A stretch of DNA of 63,983 bases, the filler included, from Octopus bimaculoides (Eukaryota): the NCBI RefSeq assembly GCF_001194135.2. It is 7 parts of 7 records of this genome, joined end to end, with 100 filler letters (N's around TTAATTAATTAA, not from the genome) between each part and the next. Parts side by side here need not be neighbours in the genome. Positions count along the whole stretch, not along the records: positions 1 to 19,224 come from NC_068994.1; 6 more parts are not named here. One strand, given 5' to 3'. The position numbers and the translations under genes were made by a program. The stretch's first letter is position 1, and each line of letters opens with the position of its first letter. The notes beneath the pieces are model-generated. The model saw only the letters and a list, made by a program, of their open reading frames with translations, did not search any database and was not told the origin of the DNA. This document shows, one piece after another, positions 1 to 12,434 of this stretch.

Positions 1-99
1 AGGCTTACAAAGAATAAGTCCTGGGGTCGATTTGCTCGACTAAAGGCAGTGCTCCAGCATGGCCACAGTCAAATGACTGAAACAAGTAAAAGAGAGTAA
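1..99 (+). mobile_element. 3' end of tRNA-derived SINE family A
   Basis: Matches the 3' end of the fuller copy at 2998-3420 (GGGGTCGATTTGCTCGACTAAAGG...GCTCCAGCATGGCC...ATGACTGAAACAAG). Confidence 0.8.
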
Positions 100-185
100 T
101 TTCCAAATTATAAATTACAATTAATTATTTAGGAAGACAAATTTCAATCTCAAAAATATTTTGCAGTTGGTCAGTATTATTATTT

Positions 186-382
186 TTAACCCTTTAGCAT
201 TTAAACTAAATATTCTTCTGGTCAAATCTGACCTCTCAAACCTACCCTAAAATGTCATTCTAAATATAAACAATGACGTCATTGAAATTTCAAAGCTACG
301 AGATAATTTATGATTAATTAAAAAACAATGTGAATTAACAAGTATTACATTTGATGAAATAATCTGAATGCAAAAGGGTTAA
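186..382. mobile_element. piggyBac-type MITE (TTAA CCCTTT...AAAGGG TTAA)
   Basis: Terminal inverted repeats TTAACCCTTTAGCATT / AATGCAAAAGGGTTAA with TTAA flanks. Paralogous interiors at 1627-1848 and 2003-2218. Confidence 0.75.
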
Positions 383-859
383 TTCTGTTTCATGCTGTGT
401 TACACACCAGTCTGTCCTTGAATAGTTCTAGGTTTTCCTGTGAGAAGAAAAGCTGTTTGGCTCTCATTTAACTTTTCTCCATTTCTAGACAAAGGAATGC
501 TGTGTGCAGCTCCCATAATCCTTCTTACAATGCAATCAGTGCAATGTAGCTTGATTTTGAGTGAGAGAGAAAGAGACAGACAGACAGGCTGATGGCAGAA
601 AATAATCAACCCCAGTACTTAATTGATATTTTATCAACTCTGGAAAGATGAAAGACAAAGTTGATCTTGGTAGGATTTTAACTCAAAGCAAAAAACCATT
701 CTATCCAACATTTTATCTCTCTCAATTTATTTTCTTTAACATGTAACAAAATGTAATAAATGTAATAAACATGTAATAAAATAAAAATGCAATAAATCTA
801 GTTTTGTGAATACCCTATCCCTTTAACACCATTTTACAAATTATTTGTGTTCCTTGCAG

Positions 860-1039
860 GCTGTTGGTTTACAGGCGACATTTCTGAAGACTGGTGGTCT
901 ATTCCGAAAGGAGAGAACTGATATACTGAATCGGTTATTTATTATTGAGCAGAAACTAATGCAAGAAGACAAACTGGTAACACTGCCAACCTTATGGAAA
1001 TATCCCAAACTATTTCCAGATTCACTCACTACAATCTAA
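860..1039 (+). CDS. ENO4: Terminal coding exon of an enolase-4-like gene
   Basis: Acceptor ttgtgttccttgcag|GCT (AG at 858-859, phase 0). Translation AVGLQATFLKTGGLFRKERTDILNRLFIIEQKLMQ...* fits the enolase C-terminus, and fits ENO4 (AVGLGVRFIKLGGLSRGERVTKYNRLLTIEEEL, recalled) better than glycolytic enolase (GQIKTGAPCRSER). AATAAA motifs follow at about 1100-1120. Upstream exons lie outside the window. Confidence 0.8.
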   Translation, partial: AVGLQATFLKTGGLFRKERTDILNRLFIIEQKLMQEDKLVTLPTLWKYPKLFPDSLTTI

Positions 1040-1626
1040 TGAAATTTATATGAAGCAAAAGAAATTATTCATTTTGTGTTTCAACTAAAAACAAAATGCA
1101 AAAATAAATGAAGAAATAAAAACATTTCTTTAAATTTAAAAAAAAATTTCTAATATCTTTCCATTATGGAAAATGCTTGATTTTTGCATTATATTCTTTG
1201 ATTGTTTTCTGTAAAACTGAGTTGATCTTTAGAGCAGGTAATATTTCCGAAACTTTATATATTTACTATAGTAAACAATTTTCCTTAGTTTAGGTTTAAC
1301 TGCTGACTTTCTATTTGCAACCAATAACTTTATTTACCATGAATTTTTTCTTCATTTGAAGTTCAACATTTTCTCACTGTAATATCTTTTAATAGCTTGT
1401 AATAAGCACCACAGAGTAAGAGGTATGTTTACAACAAAACAAGACATTAAAATGTTTTCAATTTAGCTGGTTGAAGCCAATATACTTCTCTTGCATTGCT
1501 TATACTTTTACAAAAGGTATAAATACAATAAGCCTTATTTAACTACTTTCTAATTAATACAAAAAAAAACTTTCATAACTTACATGCTATTCTCAAATTT
1601 GGTTCAGTATTATGTGGCTAACGGTA

Positions 1627-2218
1627 TTAACCCTTTAGTATTTACACCTGCCATATCCAGCCCAAATATTCTACATACTTCATGTTCAAAACAGTCAGAT
1701 CTGGCCTCTCACACCTTTCCTACAATGTCATTCTAAAAATAGAAAGTCACATCATTGAAATCTTGTTGTTACGAAATAATGCATGATTAATTTAAAACAA
1801 TGTTTATAAATATTACATTTTACATTAATCGGAATACTAAAGGATTAAACAAGAAATTACCTATGTCTTATGTTTCTTTTTGTCTTTGGAATATTGGTCT
1901 ACATATTTTACTGTTGTGTTTCTTTGCAGTTTCAGTAAAATTTTACTTTCACCATCTTCTCAGAGTGCCATGAAAAACAATAGTTAAATTAGTGAAAAAC
2001 ATATTTAAACTGGCCATATCTGGCCCAAATATTCTACTTGTTTTAATGTTCAAAATGTGAAGATCTGGCCTGTTACACCTACCCTACAATGTCCTTCTGA
2101 AAATATACAATCACATCATTGAAATCTTGAAGCTACAAGATAATGCATGATTAATTCAAAACAGTATGAATAAATAAGAATTACATTTGACAGAGTAATC
2201 TGAATGCTAAAGGGTTAA
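1627..2218. mobile_element. Two more copies of the same piggyBac-type MITE (1627-1848; 2003-2218, left end lost)
   Basis: Shared interior (GCCATATC..GCCCAAATATTCTAC...ACAATGTCATTCT...CATCATTGAAATCT...ATAATGCATGATTAATT) and right end AATGCTAAAGGGTTAA. Confidence 0.75.
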
Positions 2219-2578
2219 TAATGGAGCATTATATTAATTTCTTGTTAGGTTTTTGATGTTCCTTGCATTTCAGTATGATAATATTAACTTAGCTATTACA
2301 GTTTTATGATTACTTGTAATTTTATTTTTTATTCCAAAGGTTCTTTCCTTCAATTTTTCTATGTAAGCTTAGCTGGAATATTCTACCACACCAGGTATGA
2401 TTACCATTTGTAATAATTTCAAACAAAGACTTAACTTGATCTGATTGTTCACAAAATGAGCTAAAGATTTCAATACTTGTCTTAATTGCTCTGCAATTAA
2501 CAGTGAGCCATCTTAAATGGGTAAATAAATAAAATCTACATTCATTGTAATTTGTTTTAATATATTATTTTTTAAATT

Positions 2579-2793
2579 AAGGCAACGAGCTGACAGAACT
2601 GTTACTGTGCCAAGCAAAATACATAAGCAGCATTTTGTCCATCATTACATTCTGAATTCAAATTCCGTTGAGGTCGACTTTGTCTTTCATCTTTCCGGGG
2701 TTGGTAAAATCAGTACCAGTTGAACACTGGGGTTTATGTAATCGACTTACCCCATCCCTCAAAATTGCTGGCCTTGTACCAAAATTTGAAACC
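2579..2793 (+). mobile_element. SINE family B (GGCGGCGAGCTGGCAGAA head), tail variant CCAAAATTTGAAA
   Basis: Similar to copies at 35341-35555, 38290-38508, 45677-45883, 55620-55826 (+) and 4949-5133, 38690-38842, 61290-61392 (-). B-box-like GAGTTCAAATTCC and core GCCTTTCATCCTTTCGGGGTCGATAAA..AGTACCAG. Confidence 0.8.
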
Positions 2794-2997
2794 AATATAT
2801 CATTCTTGAGATTATACAGAGATTATAGAACTTGAGGATTACAGCTTATATAGATTAGTTATAAGGTTTCCATTGTTTTGTTCAAATCATAATTTGGTTA
2901 TTTTTACCAGTTTAGGAGTCATTATGATTAATTTCTAGAGTTTTTTCTGTCACCACATTAATAAGTATTTTTATTCTTTTTTTTTTACGTAATTAAA

Positions 2998-3420
2998 GGC
3001 ATAGGCATAGATGTGTGGTAAGAAGCTTACTTTCCCACCACATGGTTCTGGGTTCAGTCCCACTGCATGGCACCTTGGGCAGGTGTCTTCTACTATAGCT
3101 TCTGACTGAGCAAAGCCTTGTGAGTGGATTTGGTAGATGGAAACTGAAAGAAGCCCATTGTATATATGTATCTGTGTGTGTGTGCATGTGCGTGTGTGTG
3201 TGTGTGTCTTTGTGCTTGTCCTCCATTGCCATTTGACAACCGGTGTCAGTTTGTGTACTTCCCCATAACTTAGTGGTTTGGCAAAATAGGCTGATAGAAT
3301 AAGTACCTGGCTTAAAAAGAAAATAAGTACAGGAGTCAACTAGTTTGACTAAAAATTCTTTGAAGTGGTGCTCCAGCATGGCCATAGTCTAATGACTGAA
3401 ACAAGCAAAAGATAAAAGAT
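2998..3420 (+). mobile_element. Near full-length tRNA-derived SINE family A with internal (TG)n
   Basis: tRNA-like head (TGTGTGGTAAG...GGTTCAGTCC) and GGCACCTTGGGCA.GTGTCTT core. Other copies or fragments at 5135-5305(-), 29518-29679(-), 37135-37490(-), 40630-40995(-), 43137-43312(+), 44513-44800(+), 47300-47580(-), 56930-57155(+), 62655-63040(-). Confidence 0.85.
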
Positions 3421-4309
3421 GGTATTTCATTTTGTAAGTGTATATTTTATTAAATTAATTGCAAAGGAATTATTCAAAATTTTGTCTTCAACATAATTAA
3501 CCTTGCATAATTTAGGAATGCACGCTGTTGTGTATTTTTTTTGTTGTTGTTTGGACTGGAAGCAAAAATTTGTAGATCTAATCTTTCAAAAGCATAAAAT
3601 CCTAAAAGTGTAAACAAAAGATTGTTATTAACATTGTCAAAATACTTTAGCTAGCATTACAGCTAAGTTATGAGAAAATCTAATTAAAACTTAGATGATT
3701 ATTTTTCCCAGAAAAAAAAATGTACAAAAATTATTTTCAGGTATAGGTTCGCATTCATTAATATTAGTTCTGGTTTTTTTTTAATTTAAAAAATTTTTTG
3801 GGAAATTTATAATTTTGTTGTTTACTGATTAGATATGTTTGTTAGAATTACAAAATAACGAAATATTTGTGAAATGGATATATGTCTACTGCCCAACTAG
3901 TTTGTCTTAGATGTTATCAATTTCCTGCACAGGACAATGTTATATATTTCCTGAGTTTTTTTCTTTTTTTGTCTTTAATTTGTGATATCAACTATCAACA
4001 TAGAACAACTTTTCTATGGTATCTAAAATTTGGTAAATTCCTTAGTAAAATTCACTGATGTCCCTTTCTAATTTTAAAACCCTGTAATGATTTCCAGCAT
4101 AAGCACAAGTTTTGATTTTTGTGGGAGGGATATAATTGGTTAAGTTTTCTCTGGGAAAAGATGAAAGGCAGAATTAAAATTTTAGCAGGATTTGAACTTA
4201 GATTGTAAAGACCTGAAACAAATACTGCATGGTATTTTGTCCTCCTGTTTAAGGATTCTACCAATCCACCACCCTCATCTTAACCCTGTAATATACCTAG
4301 GATAAAGGG

Positions 4310-4632
4310 TAAATGACCATGGGATTGCACCTAGAAAGTTCCCCTCTGAGACACAAGTCTGGGCAAGTTTGTTTATGCAAGACTAGCAGTCACCCATGCA
4401 TACCAGTCTCCCCTCTCCATGCCATTGATGTTATCCAAGGGAAAGACAAAGGCTGATACAGCTTGGCACCAAGTGATGTCGCAACTCATTTCTACAGCTG
4501 AGTGAACTGAAGCAATGGGAAATAAAATGTCTTGCTCAAGAACATGACACACAACTCGGTCTGGGACTCAAACTCACTACCTATTGTGATTGTGAGGTCA
4601 ATGCTCTAGCCACTGAGCCATGTGCTTTCACT
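4310..4632 (-). mobile_element. tRNA-derived SINE, third family
   Basis: Minus strand reads TGGCTCAGTGG (A box)...GAGTTTGAGTCCC (B box)...GTTCTTGAGCAAGACA core. Confidence 0.6.
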
Positions 4633-4744
4633 TATAATATATCTATTGTTAATGATTCTTGACTCTTTAAATGTTGAAATGTTATAGCAGGAAAATAAAG
4701 AAATTGAAAGCTTGGACAAGAAAGAAATTATAAGAGACACATAA

Positions 4745-4948
4745 TCATCGTTTAACATCCGCTTTCCATGCTAGCATGGGTTGGACAATTTGACTGAGGA
4801 CTGGCGAACCAGATGGCTGCACCAGGCTCCAATCTGATCTGGCAGAGTTTCTACAGCTGGATGCCCTTCCTAACGCCAACCACTCAGAGAGTATAGTGGG
4901 TGCTTTTACGTGCCACCAGCACGAGGGCCAGTCAGGCACTACTGGCAA
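4745..4948 (-). mobile_element. Isolated 3' tail of the PHD-RTE LINE
   Basis: Near-identical to 5529-5730 and 26960-27120 (GTGGTTGGCGTTAGGAAGGGCATCCAGCTGTAGAAACT...GGAAAGCGGA.GTTAAA.(GAT)n). Further tails at 42115-42255(+) and 61586-61730(+, decayed). Confidence 0.85.
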
Positions 4949-5528
4949 CCTTTTCTACTATAGCACAAGGCCTGAAATTGAAAGGAAGGGGCTGATTGAA
5001 TACATTACCTCTAGTGCTCAAGTGGTGCTGATTTTATCAACCCTGAAAAGACGAAAGGTGAAATCAACCTTGGAAGAATTTGAACTCAGAACATAAAGCC
5101 AGAAGAAATACTGCTAGGTAAGTTGTCCAGCATCTTTTATCTGTTTTGGTTATTAGACTGTGGTCATGCTGGGGCACCACCTTGAAGAACTTTTAGGTGA
5201 CCCCAGTATTTTTTTCTAAGCCTGGTACTTATTCTATTACTTTCTTTTTGTCAAACTGCTAAGTTACAAGGACATAAACAAACACAAACACACACACATA
5301 TATATTTCACCATTTCATCATGTTGAACTGGTAATCCCTACACATTTTTTTTCTCTCTCTGTATTTTTCATTCTCTTTCTATTCTTTTTTTCTTCTCAAT
5401 TCTTTCTGTCTAAGTGTGTAGGCTCAAAATATCAAAGACTTTTCTATTCTTTCCAAGTATTAGACTAATACACCTACTTGTTATTCCTTCACCTGTCTTT
5501 GTCTTTTGTTTTCTGTAAATTTGAAATA

Positions 5529-7055
5529 TATCATCATCATCATCATCGTTTAACATCCGCTTTCCATGCTAGCATGGGTTGGACGATTTGACTGAGGACT
5601 GGCGAACCAGATGGCTACACCAGGCTCCAATCTGATCTGGCAGAGTTTCTACAGCTGGATGCCCTTCCTAACGCCAACCACTCCGAGAGTGTAGAGGGTG
5701 CTTTTACATGCCACCGGCACGAGGGCCAGTCAGGCGCTACTGGCAATGGCCACGCTCAAATAGTGTTTTTTATGTGCCACTTGCACAGGAGCCAGTCCAG
5801 CGGCACTGGCAATGACCTCACTTGNNNNNNNNNNNNNNNNNNNNNNNNNNNNNNNNNNNNNNNNNNNNNNNNNNNNNNNNNNNNNNNNNNNNNNNNNNNN
5901 NNNNNNNNNNNNNNNNNNNNNNNNNNNNNNNNNNNNNNNNNNNNNNNNNNNNNNNNNNNNNNNNNNNNNNNNNNNNNNNNNNNNNNNNNNNNNNNNNNNN
6001 NNNNNNNNNNNNNNNNNNNNNNNNNNNNNNNNNNNNNNNNNNNNNNNNNNNNNNNNNNNNNNNNNNNNNNNNNNNNNNNNNNNNNNNNNNNNNNNNNNNN
6101 NNNNNNNNNNNNNNNNNNNNNNAAAGTCATGCTTCACCACTTCCTCCCAGGTCTTCCTGGGTCTACCTCTTCCACAGGTTCCCTCAACTGCTAGGGTGTG
6201 GCACTTTTTCACACAGCTATCCTCATCCATTCTTGCCACGTGAACATACCAGCGCAATCATCTCTCTTGCACACCACAACTGATGCTTCTTAGGTCCAAC
6301 TTTTCTCTTAAGGTACTTACACTCTGTCGAGTATGCACACTGACATTACACATCCATCGGAGCATAGTGGCTTCGTTTCTTGCGAGCTTATGCATGTCCT
6401 CAGCAGTCACAGCCCATGTTTCACTGCCATGTAGCATGGCTGCTTGTAGACATGCATCATACAATCTGCCTTTTACTCTGAGTGAGAGGCCCTTTGACAC
6501 CAGCAGAGGTAACAGCTCTCTGAACTTTGCCCAGGCTATTTTTATTCTAGCAGCTACACTTTCAGTGCACTCTCCTCTGCTACTGACTTGGTCACCTTGG
6601 TAATGGAAGCTATCAACTACTTCTAGTTTTTCTCCCTGGAATGTGGAAGAAGTTGTTCTCTGCACATTTTCAATGTTTATTGCTCTTGAGCATCTACCAC
6701 ATACAAAAACTATCTTGCCAGTTAGCCTTCCTTTGATGTTGCTGCACCTCTTATGTGTCCATAGCTTACACTGGGTACATCTTATAGAGTTTCTACCTAT
6801 GCCTTTTCTACAGATTGAGCAGGGCCATCTACCTGAAGGGGTTTGTGGTTTGTCTACCTTCCTACTTATTAGGACTTTGATTTTAGCTAGGTTGACTCTA
6901 AAGCCCTTCGATTCTAATCCTTGCTTCCACACCTGAAACTTCTCCTCTAGTTCTGATAGTGACTCAGCAATTAGTGCAAGGTCATCAGCATAGAGGAGCT
7001 CCCAGGGGCATCTTGTCTTGAATTCCTGTGTTATTGCTTGGAGGACTATGATAAA
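5529..7055 (-). mobile_element. RTE-clade LINE, 3' portion (RT C-terminus, PHD finger, 3' UTR, (GAT)n tail)
   Basis: CPWELLYADDLA RT motif near 6980-7010. ORF 6258-6932 has ...MLHGSETWAVT...MLRWMCNV, then WYVHVARMDE...GRGRPRKTW. Interrupted and truncated by N gaps. Confidence 0.92.
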
Positions 7056-8654
7056 NNNNNNNNNNNNNNNNNNNNNNNNNNNNNNNNNNNNNNNNNNNNN
7101 NNNNNNNNNNNNNNNNNNNNNNNNNNNNNNNNNNNNNNNNNNNNNNNNNNNNNNNNNNNNNNNNNNNNNNNNNNNNNNNNNNNNNNNNNNNNNNNNNNNN
7201 NNNNNNNNNNNNNNNNNNNNNNNNNNNNNNNNNNNNNNNNNNNNNNNNNNNNNNNNNNNNNNNNNNNNNNNNNNNNNNNNNNNNNNNNNNNNNNNNNNNN
7301 NNNNNNNNNNNNNNNNNNNNNNNNNNNNNNNNNNNNNNNNNNNNNNNNNNNNNNNNNNNNNNNNNNNNNNNNNNNNNNNNNNNNNNNNNNNNNNNNNNNN
7401 NNNNNNNNNNNNNNNATCAAAAAGAACTAACCAAACACAGATTAGCTGAGAGTGGAACTTTAATGATATTTTTTACCTCATTTTCTTTCATCAGGAAAGA
7501 TCTGTTTACAACAATATTTATTTCTTCATTGTATTGGCAAAATACAATATATCTTCAATGGAAATATAGCTTTTATCATAGAACTCATTGACAAATTTCA
7601 GTTCAGTTGTTAATCATATAGTACACAAAGAGTAAAAAAAAAATTGTTAAAAAAAAAAACAGTATAGCAAAGAATAAAGAAAATAAAAAGTACATATTAA
7701 ATGAAGTTTATTGGTTGAAATAGCAATATTTTATAAGCCTATTATTCATGAGAATATTGCAAAGTGACAGATTTGAGTTGATAGTCATAAATGTAAATCA
7801 CTCCAGTAAATGAACAGTACAAATAGGTTTGCCCTTTTGGAAATTAGTAATTGTGTCTAGAAGGTTTTTAAATTATTAATGTTCACTGTTTAACCCACAA
7901 GACTATATAATTTACATAACCAGTACACCATTTAGTAAGGATAATAAAATCAATGTTGAGAGGTAATTTATAATTCAAAGGAAATACAAGTCATATAACA
8001 TGTCTTTTTTTATAACACAGGAGTGAATGTTAACTAAGTCATTGTATATATATCATAACTCAATAAGACAATTATTTTATCATCTAATAATCTTACTAAT
8101 TGCTACAGGTTCTTCATTCACACATTTAAACACCGATAGGCAAAATAAAGTGAGCAAATATTTATTAATTTCACAGTGAGTGCATTAATTAGCATTAATT
8201 GTGGGATTATTTTTTAATAATCAGATATCCTCTCAACAGTTGAATTAATTTTGAAACTTCATTTGGAAAGTGGATTGATACTTAATACTTTATTATATGC
8301 GTAACTACTTTGTTTTCAATTCAGTACAATTATTGTTATGGTATTTTATTGGCTTTTATCTTTCTTTCAATGCTTATCACTATGTTGCCAATAGGTATAA
8401 ATTCTAGGGGGTTTCTATATGTCTGTGGAACTTAAACTAAAGACAGTTAGATAGTAACATGAAATCATGAACTAAATTGTTTTTAAATATTTATTTAAGT
8501 TATTAATATGTGACAAACTGCAGAATTATTGTTTTTGTTGTTGATCTGAAAGGCACAGTTGATATAGCACAATACTTCTTAGACACATGATTCTCAGATG
8601 GATGTCATTTCAAATTTGGAAAGAAGGCCCTGGCCTATAATATAATGCTTAGAA

Positions 8655-8684
8655 CACACACACATGCGCACGCGCGCACGCGCG

Positions 8685-8770
<86 letters not shown>
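8655..8770. repeat. (CA)n microsatellite with (CG)-rich head
   Basis: Direct reading. Other long (CA)/(TG) tracts at 37060-37130, 46335-46445 and 57280-57340. Confidence 0.97.
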
Positions 8771-8772
<2 letters not shown>

Positions 8773-11670
8773 TGCATGCATGCACATGTATGCAAGTCAG
8801 GGATTAATTGTTCATTTTAAAAAGAGTTTGACTCCTTAACTGGGATTAAAAATTAAAGCTCAAGGGATTTTGTGAGCTTTAGAGGAAATTCAACTTCATC
8901 CAATACTTTGCTATGAGAATGTAAGTGGCCTCATTCTGCAATAAATTTAAGTACATCTGCAGCTAGACATGTAAATCTGTAGATTGCAAACTATTTAATA
9001 AATAAAGTAAAGAAGAGAGAGCACTGAAAATGTTAGTTCCTAGTGACATCTAAGTTATGGAGTGGCTCATCAGTTTAGAGGGTGTCAAGATATCAACAAC
9101 AATGAAATTATGCTACTCTATAAATTCTCTCTACTCCATATTTAATAAGTTGAATTTCATACAAGATTGTAAACCCTTTTTCTACATTATACTGATATTA
9201 TTTTATTACTATGAATAACGATTGTTTATTTTCAAAGAAATTTTTAAACAATGTGTAATTTTGAAAATTTGAGGTGACATAGAGATGAAAGGGTGGAAAC
9301 TGTAGGGAGAAATTCTCTTCAAAGAAAGAAAAGAAAAGATTGTGTTCAAATGAGAAAACTCCCTGAATAAAAATTTGTGGTTTTTTTTTTTTTTTTTTTT
9401 TTTGAAGTTGTATTACAAAAATTTAATTGTCCCAATTTTAATAATCTTTGAATAAATGTTTAACACCTTTCTTTTCCAAAACATTTAAATAGTGACAAAC
9501 TGTAGGGAAAATCACTTATAAAAACTCATCTATATCCTTTCCAAATGAAAAATAAAATGAAGGGAAAATTCTAAAACTGATTTATAGTATGAAATCAGAA
9601 AATTCCCATCAAATATTATTTCTGCTAATAGGTCCATGTATAAATCTTTCATACATGTACATTGTTCTATTTATCCAACATTACTTTGAAATATTTTTCT
9701 GTTGGTTAGGTTTTTTCAGTGTTTACTGTTTAAAAATATTCAAACATTTTTTTTTTCTTTTTTGTAATCAAATAGCTGTAATGTTAGCAATAAAGGCAGT
9801 GATTAATATTGTAACAAAAGGACTTGCACAAGTTGCTTTAAACATCCATGTAAAGCGTAACTGTTGTCAGATATAGCTAGGCATGTGAGAAAGCAAGCTT
9901 TAGAAAAAGTTCTATAAAATTTTTCACAATTTAGCACTTTAGCTCTAAAATAGGGCCATCTGTTCTTAGAAATGAATGGTTGTATTTCAAGAATGGAGAT
10001 TTACCAAAATTTCAAAATATAGCTACAAGGTGTAAACAAAAACTGTTACTGTTTCATGAATTATCAAAAGAATCCGTTTTCCATGTTAAGTGGAAAAAAA
10101 AAACGATATGCCTCTGTTTAGTCAATGTAGAAGCTTTCATTTTCAAAAAATACAAAAAATATTGACTGTTGTTGTCGAGGATAATTTTAACTTGGATTTT
10201 GAAAGGTTATTCCTAAATATTGAAAATCATTGAAGATGAAGAGTCAATCTATGACTGAATAATATACAATGCATGAAAAACATGATCAGCCATCACATGT
10301 GACTAATTATTGAGGTTTATAAATATATGAAAAAAACTCATCTACTATATTTAAAAAAACATGTTTGAAAATGGACCCAAATAAGTTTTCATTTCTCAAT
10401 AACTAAATTGGTAAACATGAAATTTAGATGTATTTTTGATTTACAAACAGAGAAGTTACAAGCAAGAGACACCAAATAGAATTTAGAACAGTTGCTACTA
10501 AAATGTGGACAATCATAAATATTGAGAATTGGTATAAAATAACTGATTGTTTCATTTTGTTTATTTTTTAAAGTTCAAATTTGGCATCTTTTCAGCAAAA
10601 AGCAATTTATTACAATGCATTGAGAGAATAAAAAAATATTTTATATGTTACCTGGCCAATGGAATTTAAAATTTTACTGTTGTGATGCAAAATTATATAT
10701 AACTAAAACAATACAATGGAAAATTTTGTTTTGGACAGTTTCTTTTTCATTTCATCTTTCCAAAATTTTATAGATAAGGAAGTTGAGTATTTAAGTCATT
10801 TTATTTGTTTTCCTACTCTAACCATTGTAAGATTAGCACCAAGTAATATGTAGTTGATATTTTGACAACACTCTGTTATAAAGTTAATATTGAAATCCAG
10901 AGTTTTGATTTTTTTTTTTTTTTTTGTAAAATTGTTCCTAGAAACTATAATTTCAAAATGACAATTATATACCAAATATATACTGATATTTATCACTACA
11001 GAAATGAACAATTGACCAAAAGTATTTTACTTTTCAGAAAGATATTAGCTGTGGTATATCTGGTCAATCTGGAGTATATATGGTTGTTCAACTCTACATT
11101 GAGCATATATAGTTTGCAGAAAGGGAAAAGTTGTGGTGATTCTAGACATGTGAAGCTCACAAACTCAGAGTCTGTAGGTCAGCTCCACTCCCAGGAGATA
11201 GTACTTTTGTTGTTTTTTTAAGTATTATCCAAGAGTATTAACAGTATATAAAAATTAATACAATATGTTCTTCTGTTGGGCATTCAGCTATCTCATAGCT
11301 TTAGGATGTCTCATATGATTCATACCTGAAGTATTGGTTTAAAATCAGCTTTATTAGAATCATTTTATTTAATCAATTGATTAAATCATTGAGCCGACCC
11401 AGTTCTGACATTTGAGTCTATTAAACTAAGACAAGTAGAGTTAAGTGTCTCCATTGAGGACATAGTGTAACCCTTCAAATGATAGACAATCACAACCTAT
11501 GTGTCAAGATATCAACATATTAACCACATGGCCAATACACTTTGACTATTAACACTCTAACAAGTCAACAGATTAAACAAAATCTATATGTTAAACAATC
11601 CCACCATATTCCATCTCAAAAGACTCCAACATTTTGGACATTGTGTCAGCAGTAAAAACATAGTTTACAA

Positions 11671-11845
11671 CAGTGATACACGATGTGGACCAGTAGTCTA
11701 TAACAAAATTTTGGTGGTCTACAACAAATTTTAAGTCCTACTGTGTGGAATAATGCAATAAAAAGTAAATTTATATGTGCTGGTTCATAAAGATTTTGAC
11801 TGGAATTTTGTAGTCCACCTCTTGAAAAAGTTGTGTACCACAAGT
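11671..11845. mobile_element. Decayed hAT-type MITE
   Basis: Ends CAGTGATACAC ... GTGTACCAC resemble hAT (CAGTG) terminal inverted repeats; short non-coding interior. Confidence 0.3.
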
Positions 11846-12434
11846 TTACAACACTAAATATAACTTCAACAACTTTATTATATACCATTGGCTTCAGGTA
11901 AATGCTTTCATCTGTATTTTTGTGACATTATACTGTGTGTACATTTGCTTCATTTTTCCGTCTGAGGAGAAATTTACACCAATATAACAACTCTTTTTTT
12001 TTTATTTGGAGGAGATGGATTGTGTGAATATAATGACTGTACATTAAATTAGTTTAGTTTTTTTAATCAACAAACCTCAGAAGCTTTGCTCTATTTACAG
12101 TATTAGAAAGCTAAAGCTTGACTAGCATTAGCAACTAACAAGTGCAGTATCTGATGATAACCACTTTTACATAGTTACTTACATTGTGTATCACTTTTAT
12201 CATGAACAAATAAATACATTAAATAATGATTTCGGAGGGCAGAGTGAGGGGGAAGGGATGGAGTTAATTGAATTGAGTCAGTACATGACTGGTACATATT
12301 TTATTTGATTCCAATGAGATGAAATGAATAACTCAGACTATTAAAAGGATGTAACTAAATACCACATGATGTTTTGCTCAGCACTCTGTTGATTCAGAGA
12401 TTCACTACCTTTAATAATAATAATAATAATTAAT

